In this document: positions 11,823 through 24,879 of the stretch, in pieces
How positions within the stretch are numbered: the first letter of the stretch is position 1
How the letters are laid out: each line of letters starts with the position of its first letter
NCBI RefSeq assembly: GCF_046119375.1
Contig: NW_027362772.1
Location: 234,546,001 to 234,610,000, forward strand
Source of the DNA: Phyllobates terribilis
Lineage: Eukaryota
Direction of reading: 5' to 3'
Length of the DNA stretch: 64,000 nucleotides
Position numbers and translations under genes: made by a program
Notes under the pieces: model-generated
The model's input: the letters and a program-made list of their open reading frames with translations, nothing else
Told to the model about the DNA's origin: nothing
Databases searched by the model: none

Positions 11823-14800
11823 ATGGAGAGGCATATATAAGACACACCCATTACTAACCCCATAGTCAAAGTTAAAAAAAAAACACAAACACCCAGAATA
11901 AAGTCCTTTAATTGAAATAAAGACACAATTCTTTATTGTTCTAAATTAAACCATACTTACCATCACGCCCATTCCAGCTGAAGCCAACGATCTCCTGCAA
12001 TAAAAGTAAAATAATAAAGCAACATCATCCTTACCTTTCCATGGTTCCCACGACAGCTTCAGCTCTGCTACATTCACATGACAGGCTGGATCGCAGCAGA
12101 ACGCTGCCATCCAGCTTGCCATGCCGCAGACACTGAGAAGCGCAGGCATGCTTGCGCTCCTCAGTGTCTCGCTGTGACGGCATCCAGATGAGCCGAGTTC
12201 ATGTCCAAGAAACTCAGCTCACCTCTTGCACGTCACTGACAGCGTGGGAGAATTCTCACGCTGAAGCGCTGAGTGCAGTAGAATTTTCCCACGCTGTCAG
12301 TGACGTGCATGAGGTGAGCTGAGTTCATTGGACATGAACTCGGCTCATCTGGATGCCGTCACAGCGAGACACTGAGGAGCGCAAGCATGCCAGCGCTTCT
12401 CAGTTTCTGCGGCATGGCAAGCTGGATGGCAGCGTTCTGCTGCTATCCAGTCTGTCATGTGAATGTAGCAGAGCTGAAGCTGTCGTGGGAACCATGGAAA
12501 GGTAAGGATGATGTTGCTTTATTATTTTACTTTTATTGCAGGAGATCGTTGGCTTCAGCTGGAATGGGCGTGATGGTAAGTATGGTTTAATTTAGAACAA
12601 TAAAGAATTGTGTCTTCATTTCAATTAAAGGACTCTATTCTGGGTGTTGTGTTTTTTTAAATACTTTACTAGAAATTCATGGCGATCATGTCTAATATTG
12701 GCGTGACCCCATGAATTTTCGGGCTTAGGGCCAGCTGATAATGCCAAGCTGGCCCTAACCCCTTCATTACCCAGTGAGCCACCGCACCAGGGCCCTGGAT
12801 GAGTTGGGTAAAGCGCCAGAAGATGGCTCTTCTATGAACGCGCCATTTTCCGGGGTGGCTGCGGACTCCAATTTGCAGCGGGGGGGTCCCATAAGGCTTG
12901 GGCCTCCCTGCGCTGCGGATTCCAGTCCCAGGCTTCCTAGTTGTACCTGGTTGGACACAAAAATAGGGCGAAGCCCCACGTATTTTTTTTTTTAATTATT
13001 TCATGAAATTCATGAAATAATTAAGAAAAAAAGGGCTTCCCTATATTGCTGTGTCCGGCCAGGTACAAATAGGCAGCTGATGGTTGGGGGCAGCCCGATC
13101 TTGCCTGCTGTACCTGGCTGGACACAAATATAGTGCGAAGCCCAACGTCAATTTTTTTTAAATTATTTAATGAAATAATTAAAAAAAAAGGGCTTCCCTA
13201 TATTGTTGTGTCCGGCCAGGTACAAATAGGCAGCTGGTGGTTGGGGGCAGCCCGTTCCTGCCTACTGTACCTGGCTGGACACAAATATAGTGCGAAGCCC
13301 CACTTCAATTTTTTTTAAATTATTTCATGAAATAATAATAAAAAAAAAGGGCTTCCCTATATTGTTGTGTCCGGCCAGGTACAAATTGGCAGCTGGTGGT
13401 TGGGGGCAGCCTGTTCCTGCCTGCTGTACCTGACTGGACACAAATATAGTGCGAAGCCCCACGTCAATTTTTTTAAATTCTTTCATGAATTTCCTGAAAT
13501 AATTTTAAAAAAATTGACGTGGGGCTTCGCACTATATTTGTGTCCAGCCAGGTACAGCAGGCAGGAACGGGCTGCCCCCAACCACCTGCTGCCTATTTGT
13601 ACCTGGCCGGACACAACAATATAGGGAAGCCCTTTTTTTCTTAATTATTTCATAAATTTCATGAAATAATTAAAAAAAAATACGTGGGGCTTCGCCCTAT
13701 TTTTGTGTCCAGCCAGGTACAACTAGGCAGCTGGGGGCTGGAATCTGCAGCGCAGGGAGGCCCAAGCTTTCTGGGCCCCACCCGCTGCAAATTGCAGTCC
13801 GCAGCCACCCCGGAAAATGGCGCGTTCATAGAAGCGCCATCTTCTGGCGCTGTATCCAGCTCATCCAGGGCCCTGGTGCGGTGGCTCACTGGGTAATAAA
13901 GGCGTTAGGGCCAGTTGGTATTATCAGCTGGCCCTAAGCCCGAAATTCATGGGGTCACGCCAATATTAGACATGACCGCCATGAATTTCTAGTAAAGTAT
14001 TTAAAAAAAACACAACACCCAGAATAAAGTCCTTTAATTGAAATAAACACACAATTCTTTATTGTTCTAAATTAAACCATACTTACCATCACGCCCATTC
14101 CAGTTGAAGCCAACGATCTCCTGCAATAAAAGTAAAATAATAAAGCAACATCATCCTTACCTTTCCATGGTTCCCACGACAGCTTCAGCTCTGCTACATT
14201 CACATGACAGGCTGGATCGCAGCAGAAAGCTGCCATCCAGCTTGCCATCCCGCAGACACTGAGAAGCGCAGGCATGCTTGCGCTCCTCAGTGTCTCGCTG
14301 TGACGGCATCCAGATGAGCCGAGTTCATGTCCAATGAACTCGGCTCACCTCATGCACGTCACTGACAGCGTGGGAAAATTCTCCTGCACTCAGCGCTTCA
14401 GCGTGAGAATTCTCCCATGCTGTCAGTGACGTACATGAGGTGAGCTGAGTTCATTGGACATGAGCTCACCTCATGTACGTCACTGACAGCGTGGGAAAAT
14501 TCTCACGCTGAAGAGCTGAATGCAGGAGAATTTTCCCACGCTGTCAGTGACGTACTTGAGGTGAGCTGAGTTCATTGGACATGAACTCACCTCATGCACG
14601 TCACTTACAGCGTGGGAAAATTCTCACGCTGAAGCGCTGAGTGCAGGAGAATTTTCCCACGCTGTCAGTGACGTGCATGAGGTGAGCCAAGTTCATTGGA
14701 CATAACCTCGGCTCATCTGGATGCCGTCACAGCCTGACACTGAGGAGCGCAAGCATGCCTGCGCTTCTCAGTGTCTGCGGATGACAGGCTGGATGGCAGC

Positions 14801-15080
14801 TTTCTTCTGCGGTCCAGCCTGTCATCTCGATGTAGCAAAGCTGGAGCTGTCCTGGGAACCATGGAAAGGTAAGGATGATGTTGCTTTATTATTTTTCTTT
14901 TATTGCAGGAGATCGTTGGCTTCAGCTGGAATGGGCGTGATGGTAAGTATGGTTTAATTTAGAACAATAAAGAATTGTGTGTTTATTTCAATTAAAGAAC
15001 TTTATTCTGGGTGTTTGTGTTTTTTTTTAACTTTGACTATGGGGTTAGTAATGGGGGTGTCTTATAGACGCCTCTCCATT
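11823..15080. repeat. Nested inverted repeat X-X'-Y-Z3-Z'-Y'-X-X'
   Basis: Hairpin 11880-12655 (arms about 385 bp); Y 12656-13000 versus Y' 13640-14005; second hairpin 14010-15030; outer arms 11823-11880 versus 15020-15080. Confidence 0.9.
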
Positions 15081-15544
15081 ACTAACCTGGGCTTGATGTC
15101 AGCTGGCATTATAAGCTGACATCAACCGCAGCCCTATTACCCCACTGCCACCGCTACAGGGCAGTGGGATGAGCGAGGCTAAGTGCCAGAATTGGCGCAT
15201 CCTATTGATGCGCCATTTCTGGGGCGGCTGACGGCTGGTGTTTCTAGCCTGGGAGGGGGCCAATATTCATGGCACCCTTCCTGGGCTATTAATATCAGCC
15301 CCCAGCTGTCTGCCTAGCCTTTGCTAGCTATTAAAATAGGGGGGACCCCACGTCATTTTTTTGGGGGGGTCCCCCATTTTAATAGCTAGTAAAGGCTAGG
15401 TATTCAGCTGAGGGCTGATATTAGTAGCCTGGGAAGCTCCGTGGGTATTACCCCCTTCCCAGGCTTCAAACATCTGCCCCAGCCGTCTGCTTAACCTCCG
15501 CTAGAGACTAAAATTACGGGGAACCCCACGCCAATTTTTTTTTT

Positions 15545-16110
15545 AATAAATCCTTTATTTTAAAACTAAATGACAAGTACAGTAAGCAACACTGTCACTG
15601 TACTTCTTACATATGTGACTGACATGTTTCTATCTATCTAATCTTGTGTGATGCTCTATCTTTCTGTTCTAAATTGTCGGGTACTGCTGCTGAATTGCCG
15701 GCCGACTTTTTTAACGAGACGGTGCATGAAAACACTATTATTTTTTTAAATAAATCCTTTACACTAAATGACAAGTACAGTAAGCAACACTATCACTATA
15801 CTTCTTATATATGTGACTGACATGTTTCTATCTATCTAATCTATGTGTGATGCTCTATCTTTCTGTTCTAAATTGTCGGGCACCGCTGCTGAATAGCCGG
15901 CCGGCTTTTTTAAAGAGACGGTGCACGAAAACACTATTATTTTTTTTAAATAAATCCTTTACACTAAATGACAAGTACAGTAAGCAACACTGTCTCTGTA
16001 CTTCTTATATATGTGGCTGACATGGTTCTATCTATCTAATCTATGTGTGAAGCTCTATTCTTTCTGTTCTAAATTGTCGGGTACCGGTGTATGCCGCTGC
16101 TGAATAGCCG
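15545..16110. repeat. ~200-bp tandem repeat, three copies
   Basis: GACAAGTACAGTAAGCAACACT recurs near 15572, 15770 and 15970. Confidence 0.85.
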
Positions 16111-16385
16111 GCTTTTCATGTTTCACTGTGAGCACTGTTCCCATCGATTTGGGCAACCACCTCCCCCAATACATTCTACATTATTGTTAGTTGTTTTCCT
16201 TCATGTATAATTAACCTACAAGGAAAGAAAGGGTTTATTTTCATTCCGATATTTGTGTCCCATTGACTTGCATTGGTTTCCGGTATCGGAATCGGCGATA
16301 TCCGATACTTTTTGAGTATCGGCCCGATCTAATCCGATCCGATATTTCCTGATATCGGAAGGTATCGCTCAACACTAATGAGCAC

Positions 16386-17280
16386 TAATGCAGCCACATA
16401 GCATCAAAGATGCAGGAACTGTGAGATGATAACAAGCTGGGGGATCACTCTCCTCTGGAGTCGGCAGGACACTGCCTCCGTGCTTTCCAAAAAAAATGTA
16501 ACATTTTTATTTACTTGACCACAGAACAGATTTCTATTAATCGTCAGTCTATTACAAATGAGCTTTGGTCCAGAGAAGACAGCAGCATTTCTGTACTGGG
16601 TTAATTTATGGCTTCTTATTTGCATGATAGAGCTTTGACTTGCATTTGTGGTTTGCCTGGAGACTGTGTTCATAGACAATGATTTCTTAAAGTATTCCTG
16701 AGCCCCTGCAGTGTTTTGAATGACCAAATCATGCCTGTTTTTAATGCAGTGGAGCTTGAGGGCCTGTAGATCACCAGCATCCTTGTTCCTTACGCACATA
16801 GATTTCTCTGCAATTTCTGAATCTTTTGATGATGTTATGTTCTGAAGATGGTGGGATATTCAATGTTTCTGCAATTTTATGTTGATGAACATTTTTCTGA
16901 ATTTGTTGCACAATTTTTAGACCTAGTTGTTCACAGATTGGTGAACCTCTGACCATCTTTGCCTCTGAGAGACTCTGCCTCTATAAACATATTCTTTTTT
17001 ACACAGTCATGTAATTTAGTTGAAAATTGATGCTCCACCTGATTTTCATTGGTACCATTTGCTTTTCCGGCCTTTTGTTAACCAACTTTTTTATAATGTG
17101 TTGCTGCCATCAATTTCTAAATTAGATAGTTTTTTCAAATGGAATGGAAAAACATTAATCTAATCTGTGATCTATGTTCTGTTGTGCATGCAACATGGCT
17201 ATAAGAGATTTCCAAATCATTACATTCTTGTTTTCTTCACATTTTACATAGCGTGCCAACATTTTTTGGAATTGGGGTTG
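16386..17280 (-). mobile_element. Tc1-like transposon, 5' half (interrupted by element C)
   Basis: TIR CAACCCCAATTCCAAAAAATGTTGG followed by TA at 17281-17282. Decayed paired-like HTH region (MVRGSPICEQL...NIPPSSEHNIIKRF) in ORFs 16771-16956 and 16404-16799. Confidence 0.8.
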
Positions 17281-18140
17281 TAATAATAAACACATTATTT
17301 ATTTTCTCCAGACTTCCATCTAATGAAATAAATCTAAAATTACATAGATAACACAATCCCCTTAAGTGCGACCACCCAAATAGACACATCTATGGTGTTA
17401 TTTGACGATAGCACTAGTACTTTCAATGGTACGTTAGGTCTATCACGGCCTGATATATATTTTCCTCTAACTTTGAGAAATAAATCCCTGTCAAGTAGAT
17501 TTTCTATGATATGCAAATCTATATCTATAATCCAATTGCGGAGGAAAATTACACAAAGACGCCAAGTGTCCTAAACATTTTGTAGACTCTACGTTACAAT
17601 TTAATTCCGCAATTCGCAGACGATGATGAAAGTCTGGAATAGCTTATCCACAAATTGACTCTCAAATCTCTTTCGCTCTCGCTTTCTCTTTTTCATTGGC
17701 TCATCTCTTGGCTGCCCGGGTAAGTACAGTAGATGAACATGGGTTGGCATATTTCATTTTCTCCTCTAATGCTATATTCTATAAGCCGCCTCATCATTGA
17801 TATGATCTTATGGAAATTTTCTTATGTTCACCATTCTAATAAACATTACCAAGAATATTGAGTTCGGTATCTCTATCGGTAAAATCATTTCCACAGGTTT
17901 ATCTTATGACTAGCAAAATATTCAGAAACGCATAATAAGAGTTCAATAAAAAGAAAAACGTATTTTCTGCTGATATACAGTACAGACCAAAACTTTGGAC
18001 ACATCTTCTCATTTAAAGATTTTTCTGTATTTTCATGACTATTAAAATTGTACATTCACACTGAAGGCATCAAAACTATGAATTAACACATGTGGAATTA
18101 TATACTTAACAAAAGAGTGTGAAACAACTGAAAATATGTC

Positions 18141-18885
18141 TTATATTCTAGGTTCTTCAAAGTAGCCACCTTTTACTTTGATGACTGCTTTGCACACTCT
18201 TGACATTCTCTTGATGAGCTTCAAGAGGTAGTCACCGGAAATGGTCTTCCAACAATCTAGAAGGAATTCCGAGAGATGCTTAGCACTTGTTTTCCCTTTT
18301 GCTTTCACTCTGCGGTCCAGCTCACCCCAAACCATCTCGATTGGGTTCAGCTCTGGTGACTGTGGAGGCCAGGTCATCTGGCGTAGCACCCAATCACTCT
18401 CCTTCTTGGTCAAATAGCCCTTGCACAGCCTGGAGGTGTGTTTGGGGTCATTGTCCTGTTGAAAAATAAATGATGGTCCAACTAAACGCAAACCGGATGG
18501 AATAGCATGCCACTGCAAGATGCTGTGGTAGCCATTCTGGTTCAGTATGCCTTCAATTTTGAATAAATCCCCAACAGTGTCAATAGCTAGGCACCCCCAC
18601 ACCATCACACCTCCTCCTCCATGCTTCACGGTGTGAACCAGGCATGTAGAGTCCATCCATTCACCTTTTCTGAGTCGCACAAAGACACGGTGGTTGGAAC
18701 CAAAGATCTTGAATTTGGACTCATCAGACCAAAGCATAGATTTCCACTGGTCTAATGTCCATTCCTTGTATTCTTTAGCCCAAACAAGTTTCTTCTGCTT
18801 GTTGCCTGTCCTTAGCAGTGGTTTCCTAGCAGCTATTTTACCATGAAGGCCTGCAGCACAAAGTCTCCTCTTAACAGTTGTTGAA
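18141..18885 (-). pseudogene. DD38E Tc1 transposase, C-terminal part (N-terminal part at 27212-27491)
   Basis: WSDESKF...FQQDNDPKH...WPPQSPELNPIEMVW. The first ~40 aa of the listed ORF 18141-19010 are read from the hAT end. Confidence 0.9.
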
Positions 18886-19094
18886 CAGTGTTGAGCGAGC
18901 ATGCTCGACACTGCTCGGTACTCGCCTGAGCATCTCACTACTCGGGATGTTCGGCGAGCTCCGAGCATTTTTGGGTTACTCGGGCAGGAGCTCGGGTCTC
19001 CGCCCTGCATGTTTGGCGCTCTTTACAGAGCCAATTAACATGCAGGGATTGCCAGCCAGTCACTGTAATGCCATGTTGGTTGTGGGCATTACAG

Positions 19095-19155
19095 TGATTG
19101 GCTGGCCGCACAGCGTCACCTCGAGTATTTAAAACCGGGAGCCGCCATCTTGGAC
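19095..19155 (+). promoter_or_regulatory. Putative hAT promoter: CCAAT (ATTGG), GCGTCAC, TATTTAAA, YY1 (GCCGCCATCTTG)
   Basis: ATTGG at 19098, TATTTAAA at 19126, GCCGCCATCTTG at 19141-19152, about 1 kb upstream of the ORF. Confidence 0.5.
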
Positions 19156-19529
19156 ACAGTCGCTCCAGATGAGACAGTGTAGGGAGAGTGCTACTGAGCT
19201 AGGGAGAGATTTATACTGCGAAACAGGTAGTGTAGGGTCTCTAAAGCCTGCAAAATCAAACAAACAGTCCTTCTGAGGACTAATATTCATCCCAGATATC
19301 AGGCAGGCAGGCTGTATAGGAGATGCAGTGGTTATACCAATAAACATTGCATTACAGTCCTGTGTGCTGCTGCTGCTCAAATTGCTAGACTTAGCCCCAG
19401 GTCTCAGGGACCAGGAAAAATCCTTTTTTTTTCACATAAATCCTCTTTTTTTTTCCTCAGTCAGACTGTACAAATACCCATCTTATTAACCTTTTGGTAT
19501 CCCCCCCCCCAAAAAAAAAAATTGAGTGT

Positions 19530-20100
19530 GTCTGTGAGTGTTCAGACACAAATATATCAGTTTATAAGAGTCTGGTTTCGGCCAGATAACTAGAACCGTG
19601 GTTTTGCAGTTCCACGGTTCAAATCTCTATATTATCCACTTTTTTGCCTTTTTTCCATTAAAAAAAAACAGTTTGAGTGTCTCGCTGACTGTTCAGACAA
19701 ATATATCTATTTAAAAAAGTCTGGTATACACCAGGAAATTAGAACTGTGGTTTTCCTCCTCCACGGTTCAAATCTGGGTGTTATCCACCGTTTTGCCTTT
19801 TTTCCATTAAAAAAAACAGTTTGAGTGTCTTGGTGACTGTTCAGACACAAATATATGTTTAAAAGATTCTGGTGTAGGCCAGACAAATAGAACTGTGGTT
19901 TTCCTCTTCCACAGTTCAAATCTGGGTGTAATCCACCTTTTTGCCTTTTTTACATAAAAAAAATCAGTTTCAGTGTCTCGCTGACTGTTCAGACACAAAT
20001 ATATCTGTTTAAAAGATTCTGCAGTAGGCCAGAGAACTAGAACTGTGGTTTTCCTCTTCCACGGTTCAAATCTGGGTGTAATTCACCTTTTTGCCTTTTT
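19530..20100. repeat. ~150-bp tandem repeat (about 4 copies) in the 5' region of hAT B
   Basis: CAGACACAAATATAT and AGAACTGTGGTTTTCCTC recur about every 150 bp. Confidence 0.8.
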
Positions 20101-20111
20101 TATATTAAAAA

Positions 20112-23100
20112 ATACACTTGGTGATGGTGCGTGCAGAGGATGGGGCCATGGCCAAGGCGAAAATGTGCCACAACCAACAGCCACATCTTCTCGCTCCCAG
20201 TTCTTGACCGAATTACTAGGGAAGCACACAACAACACCACTATAGCGAACTGATCAGTGTAAACAGGTTATTAATTGGAAAGCAGATAATACTTCCAGTC
20301 ACCTGGGCACCACCACCTCTGGTCTGTCTTCCACACTGTCAAGTCTTAGTAGCCGTGAGTCTCGATCGCATACTCCTCCTCACCCTGATGCTACTTCCTC
20401 CCACCATGCCGAGTGTCGACAGACAGCAACTGATCCCACAGTTGGACACTCTGAAGAGCTGTTCACTGGTCCATTTCCAAATTTGGGCCCCTCGCCTGCT
20501 CCGCTTGAAGTGGTGGAAGAGGAGATCCCATGTAGCGATGGCCAAATATTTAAACAGCCACGGCCACAGGAAGTCGACGCAGGCAATTTGTCACAAGAGG
20601 TGGACGATGACGAGACACAATTGCCACGAAATGAGGAGGAGGATCGTGGTGCGGAAGTGGAAGAGGAGGAGGTGGTGTATGATCTAGTAACTGACCCAAC
20701 GTGGCAGGAGGACACGCAGAGCGAGGCCAGCAGCACACAGGGGGAGGGAGGCAGAGTACTCCAACAGGCAGGAAGAAGCAGTGTGGTGGCCGCACACAGA
20801 AGGCGGGCAACTGTTCCCCGTAACACCAACATGAGGGACGATGCCTGTACAAGCGGTAGGTCTTTCAGAGTCTGGAATTTTTTTAAAGACTCTGCTGATA
20901 ACCACAAAAAGGCTATTTGTACCACTTGCCAGGCCAGCATCAGCAGAGGTGACAAAATAACCAGCCTGACCACAACCAGCATGATCAGGCACATGTAAGC
21001 AAAGCACCCGACTTTGTGGGGCGAACTCCAGGGCCCACGACCAGTGTCAGCGGGAGTCACCACTGCTTCTTCCGCTGTTGTGCGTGTAAGAGAACCCCCT
21101 GTTGTGCATGCAAGGCAATCCCCTGTCCATACTGCATGCAAAGATGCCCACTCCTCTCAGTCTTCACTTGTTATGGCAGTTTCTGAAGATACAGCATCAA
21201 CGTCCACCTCCACGTCCCACCGCAGCGTTCAATTGTCCATATCCCAGACCTTTGATCGAAAGCGCAAATTCGCAGCCAACGCCCCACAGGCCACAGTCCT
21301 AAATTCGCACATTTCACTACTGCTTGCGTTGGAAATGCTGCCTTTTAGGCTGGTGGAGACGGAATCCTTCCGCAACCTTATGGCGGTGGCCGTCCCTCGG
21401 TACTCGGTCCCCAGCCGACACTATTTTACCCGGTGTGCCATCCCCGCACTACACAAGCACGTGTCCCAAAACATCTGAAGTGCCCTCAACAACGCAGTTA
21501 CTGGGAGAGTCAACCTGACAACGGACACGTGGACAAGTGCTTGTGGCCAGGGACGGTACATCTCCCTGACGGCACACTGGGTAAACATAGTGGAAGCCGG
21601 GACCCAGTCGGACCTTGGGACGGAACACATTCTCCCTACACCGAGGATTGCGGGCCCTATGTCAGTCAGAGTTCCCCTCACAGTGTACAGCTCCAATGCA
21701 TCATCCTCCTCCTCCTCCTCATGTTCAGCCTCCATCTCAGACATCACCACATCAGTTACAAGCTGGAAGCACTGCAGTACTGCCTCAGCCAAGTGGCAAC
21801 AGGCTGTGCTGAAACTCATAAGCTTAGGTGATAAACCTCACACTGCTTGTGAGTTGTGGACAGCTGTGAAAGAGCAGGCAGATCTGTGGCTGAGACCGCT
21901 GAACCTACATCCAGGCATGGTCGTGTGTAACAATGGCTGTAACCTGGTGGCGGCTCTGAGGCGAGATCACACACATACCATGCCTGGCTCATGTGCTTAA
22001 CCTCATGATTCAGCGGTTTCTAAAATTGTACCCCGAGTTGCCAGATCTGCTCGTCAAAGTACGCCGCCTTTCAGCTCATTTTCGGAAGTCGGTAACAGCT
22101 TCCGCCACCCTTGTTGTGTTGCAGCAGCATTTGCAGCTTCCGGCACACCGACTGGTGTGATGTCCCCACACGTTGGAACTCTACCCTCCAGAGCAGTTGT
22201 GGAGTACCAGCATCAACAAGGCCATCGGTATTCAGTTCAGACTCCACATATAAGACCTCAGGAATGGACCAGGATGTCTGACATATGTACCATCCTGACA
22301 AACTTTGAGGAGTCCACCAAGATGGTGAGTGGCGATGATGCCATCATTAACGTCAGCATCCAACTTGTCTGTCTTTTGCAACGCTTTCTGCAGAGAATTA
22401 AAGAGGAGGCATTGCAGCCAGAGTATGATGAGATGGATCAAGAAGCCGTAGCGGGCGATTACACACAGCCCAGCCTCATGTCATCCCAACGTGCATTGGG
22501 GGACAATGAGGGAGAGGAGGAGGAGGAGGAAGAACAGGAGCTGGTATCATGCGCTGTAGACGGCAGTACCTGTACAACTGTCATACCGTCGGTCCAGCGT
22601 GGGTGGCCTGAGGACAGGGGGGAGGAGGAGAAGGAGGAGGAGAGCATGGTCAGTCGTCATCTTGGTGAAAACACGGAAGTCTTGCCCGTTACCAGTCTGG
22701 CACGCATAGCTGACTTTATGTTACGCTGCCTTAACCGTGACCCTCCCGTTGTCAAAATGTTGGGTGACAGTCATTACTGGTTGGTGACACTTTTAGACTA
22801 CCGCTACAAGGAGATCTTTCACTCTCTTATTCCTAAGGTGGAGAGGTCTACAAAATGGGGCAGTACGAGAAGGCCCTTGCTGCAGAACTATTAAAAAAAT
22901 TCCCATCTGAACACGCTAGCAGCAGAGGTCACAGTTCGTTGCCTAACCAAGGCATATAGGCGAGAGAGACGCAACTCCAATCCAGCAGAGGCAGGGGAAC
23001 ACTGTCAACATTCTGGTACAGTTTTCTGAGACCCGCCCAGTTTACAGGCCCTGAGGCGTGGGGTACTCTCACAAGGAGTGGAAAGTTTAAAAAGATGGTG

Positions 23101-23397
23101 AGGGAGTACCTTGCTGACTGTACCAGCGTCCTCCTTGATTCCTCTGTACCTTTTAATTATTGGGTATCCAAGCTGGACACTTGGAATGAACTCGCTCTGT
23201 ATGCCTTGGAGGTCCTGGCCTGCCCTGCCGCTAGCGTGTTATCGGAGCGTGTTTTTAGTGCCGCTGGGGGAATTATAACTGATAAGCGCACTCGCCTGTC
23301 AACTGACAATGCTGACAAGCTGACCCTTATCAAAATGAACAAGGTCTGGATTGGGCCAGACTTCTCATCACCACCAAATGACAGCAGAGTAACATAA
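20112..23397 (+). pseudogene. hAT transposase pseudogene of copy B
   Basis: Pieces at 20483-20998, 21014-21478, 21590-22000, 22157-22894 and 23095-23397 carry BED, TDTW and SVLSERVFS motifs. Several stops and frameshifts. Confidence 0.93.
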
Positions 23398-23564
23398 AGT
23401 CAAATCCACTGTGTTATTTCGGGAGGTGAATTCCCATGCACCGCTTCACACCCACACATGGGTATACGATTCCTCATTTTGGCTGTTTTTTGCTCTTCTC
23501 CTTATCCTCAGCCTCCACCACCACTATACAACCAGGGTGACCATAGTCCGTGTTGCCAGCATTG

Positions 23565-23830
23565 CAAGTTCCTCCGTCCTAATTTTTGGCAGCTTTTGCT
23601 TGGAAGGCATAGGCAAAGACTATTGGAGACCCACTCCCCAATAATGGGAATAATGTTTTTAATAAGCTGTACTGCATGGCTCTTGTAAGGGGCATTGCAA
23701 GTTCCTCCGTCCTAATTTTTGGCAGCTTTTGCTTGGAAGGCATAGGCAAAGACTATGGGAGACCCACTCCCCAATAATGGGAATAATGTTTTTAATATGC
23801 TGTACTGCATGGCTCTTGTAAGGGGCATTA
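23565..23830. repeat. Two units of the 133-bp satellite monomer (reverse complement of the array in copy A)
   Basis: GCATTGCAAGTTCCTCCGTCCTAATTTTTGGCAGCTTTTGC...GCATGGCTCTTGTAAGGGGCATT occurs twice. Confidence 0.85.
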
Positions 23831-24505
23831 AAATCGTCTTGTTAAGCTACTTTGACCTCCACGTCTCTTCCAAGGGTCATTGATATTGTATTTTAATTCC
23901 ACTGTGACCTCCACGTCTCTTCCAAGGGGCATTGATATTGTCTTTTTATTTCACTGTGACCTCAACGTCTCTTCTAAGGGGCATTAAAACCATCCTGTTA
24001 AGCTACTGTGACCTCCACGTCTCTTCCAAGGGGCATTAAACCCGTCTTGTTAAACGACTCTGAACTCCACGTCTGTTCCGAGGGGCATTAAAATCGTCTT
24101 TTTAAGCTACTGTGATCTCCACGTCTCTTCCAAGGGGCATTGATATTGGCTTTTTATTCCACTGCGACCTCCATCACTCTTCCAAGGGGCATTGATATTG
24201 TCTTTTTATTCCACTGTAACCTCCACCACTCTTCCAAGGGGCATTGATATTGTCTTTTTATTCCACTGGGACCTCCACCACTCTTCCAAGGGGCAGGGCA
24301 TTGATATTGTCTTTTTATTCCACTGGGACCTCCACGTCTCTTCCGAGGGGCATTAAAACCATCTTGTTAAACCATTCTGAACTCCATGTCTCTTCCAAGG
24401 GGCATTAAAACTGTCTTGTTAAACCACTCTGAACTCCACAGCTCTTCCAAGGGGCATTGAAATGTTGTTTTTAATTACCTCTAACCTCCACGACTCTTCC
24501 AACGG
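23830..24505. repeat. ~52-bp minisatellite, about 13 copies, inside hAT B
   Basis: Core CCACGTCTCTTCCAAGGGGCATT with two alternative tails. Confidence 0.88.
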
Positions 24506-24879
24506 GCATTGCATTTCCTCCTAATTTTAGTCAGCTTTTGCTTTTCAATGCATAGGCGAACACTAAGGGAGACCCACTCCTCAATAATGGGTAGAAGGTT
24601 TTTAGTACGCTGTAATCCACGTCTGTTTCAAGGGCAATTGCAGTTTCTAATAATTTTTGGAAAGCCTTCCAATCACTGCTTAGGCCAACAGTGTACAGGA
24701 GACCCAGTTACTATAAATGGAAAAATCATTTTAGTTAAGGCCCTCTGACCTCCATGTCACTTCCAAGGGGCATTGGAGTGCCTCGAAATTTTTGGTAGGC
24801 ATTGCACTCACTGTATGCCCTATAACTGTGTAGCCGAACCGCACCTTTTGGTAGAGAAACATATCCTACAAGACATGTG

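Larger units (their letters stand above)
11823..16377. mobile_element. Non-autonomous hAT-family element C with compound palindrome, interrupted by copy A
   Basis: Right TIR GGTATCGCTCAACACTA ends at 16377 with CCGATA/ATCGG subterminal repeats. No coding capacity. Internal foldback at 11823-15080. Confidence 0.8.

Noticed and set aside
17380-17960. Possible LINE ORF1 or other retroelement fragment
   Set aside because: No diagnostic motif was recoverable in any frame, so it is left unassigned.
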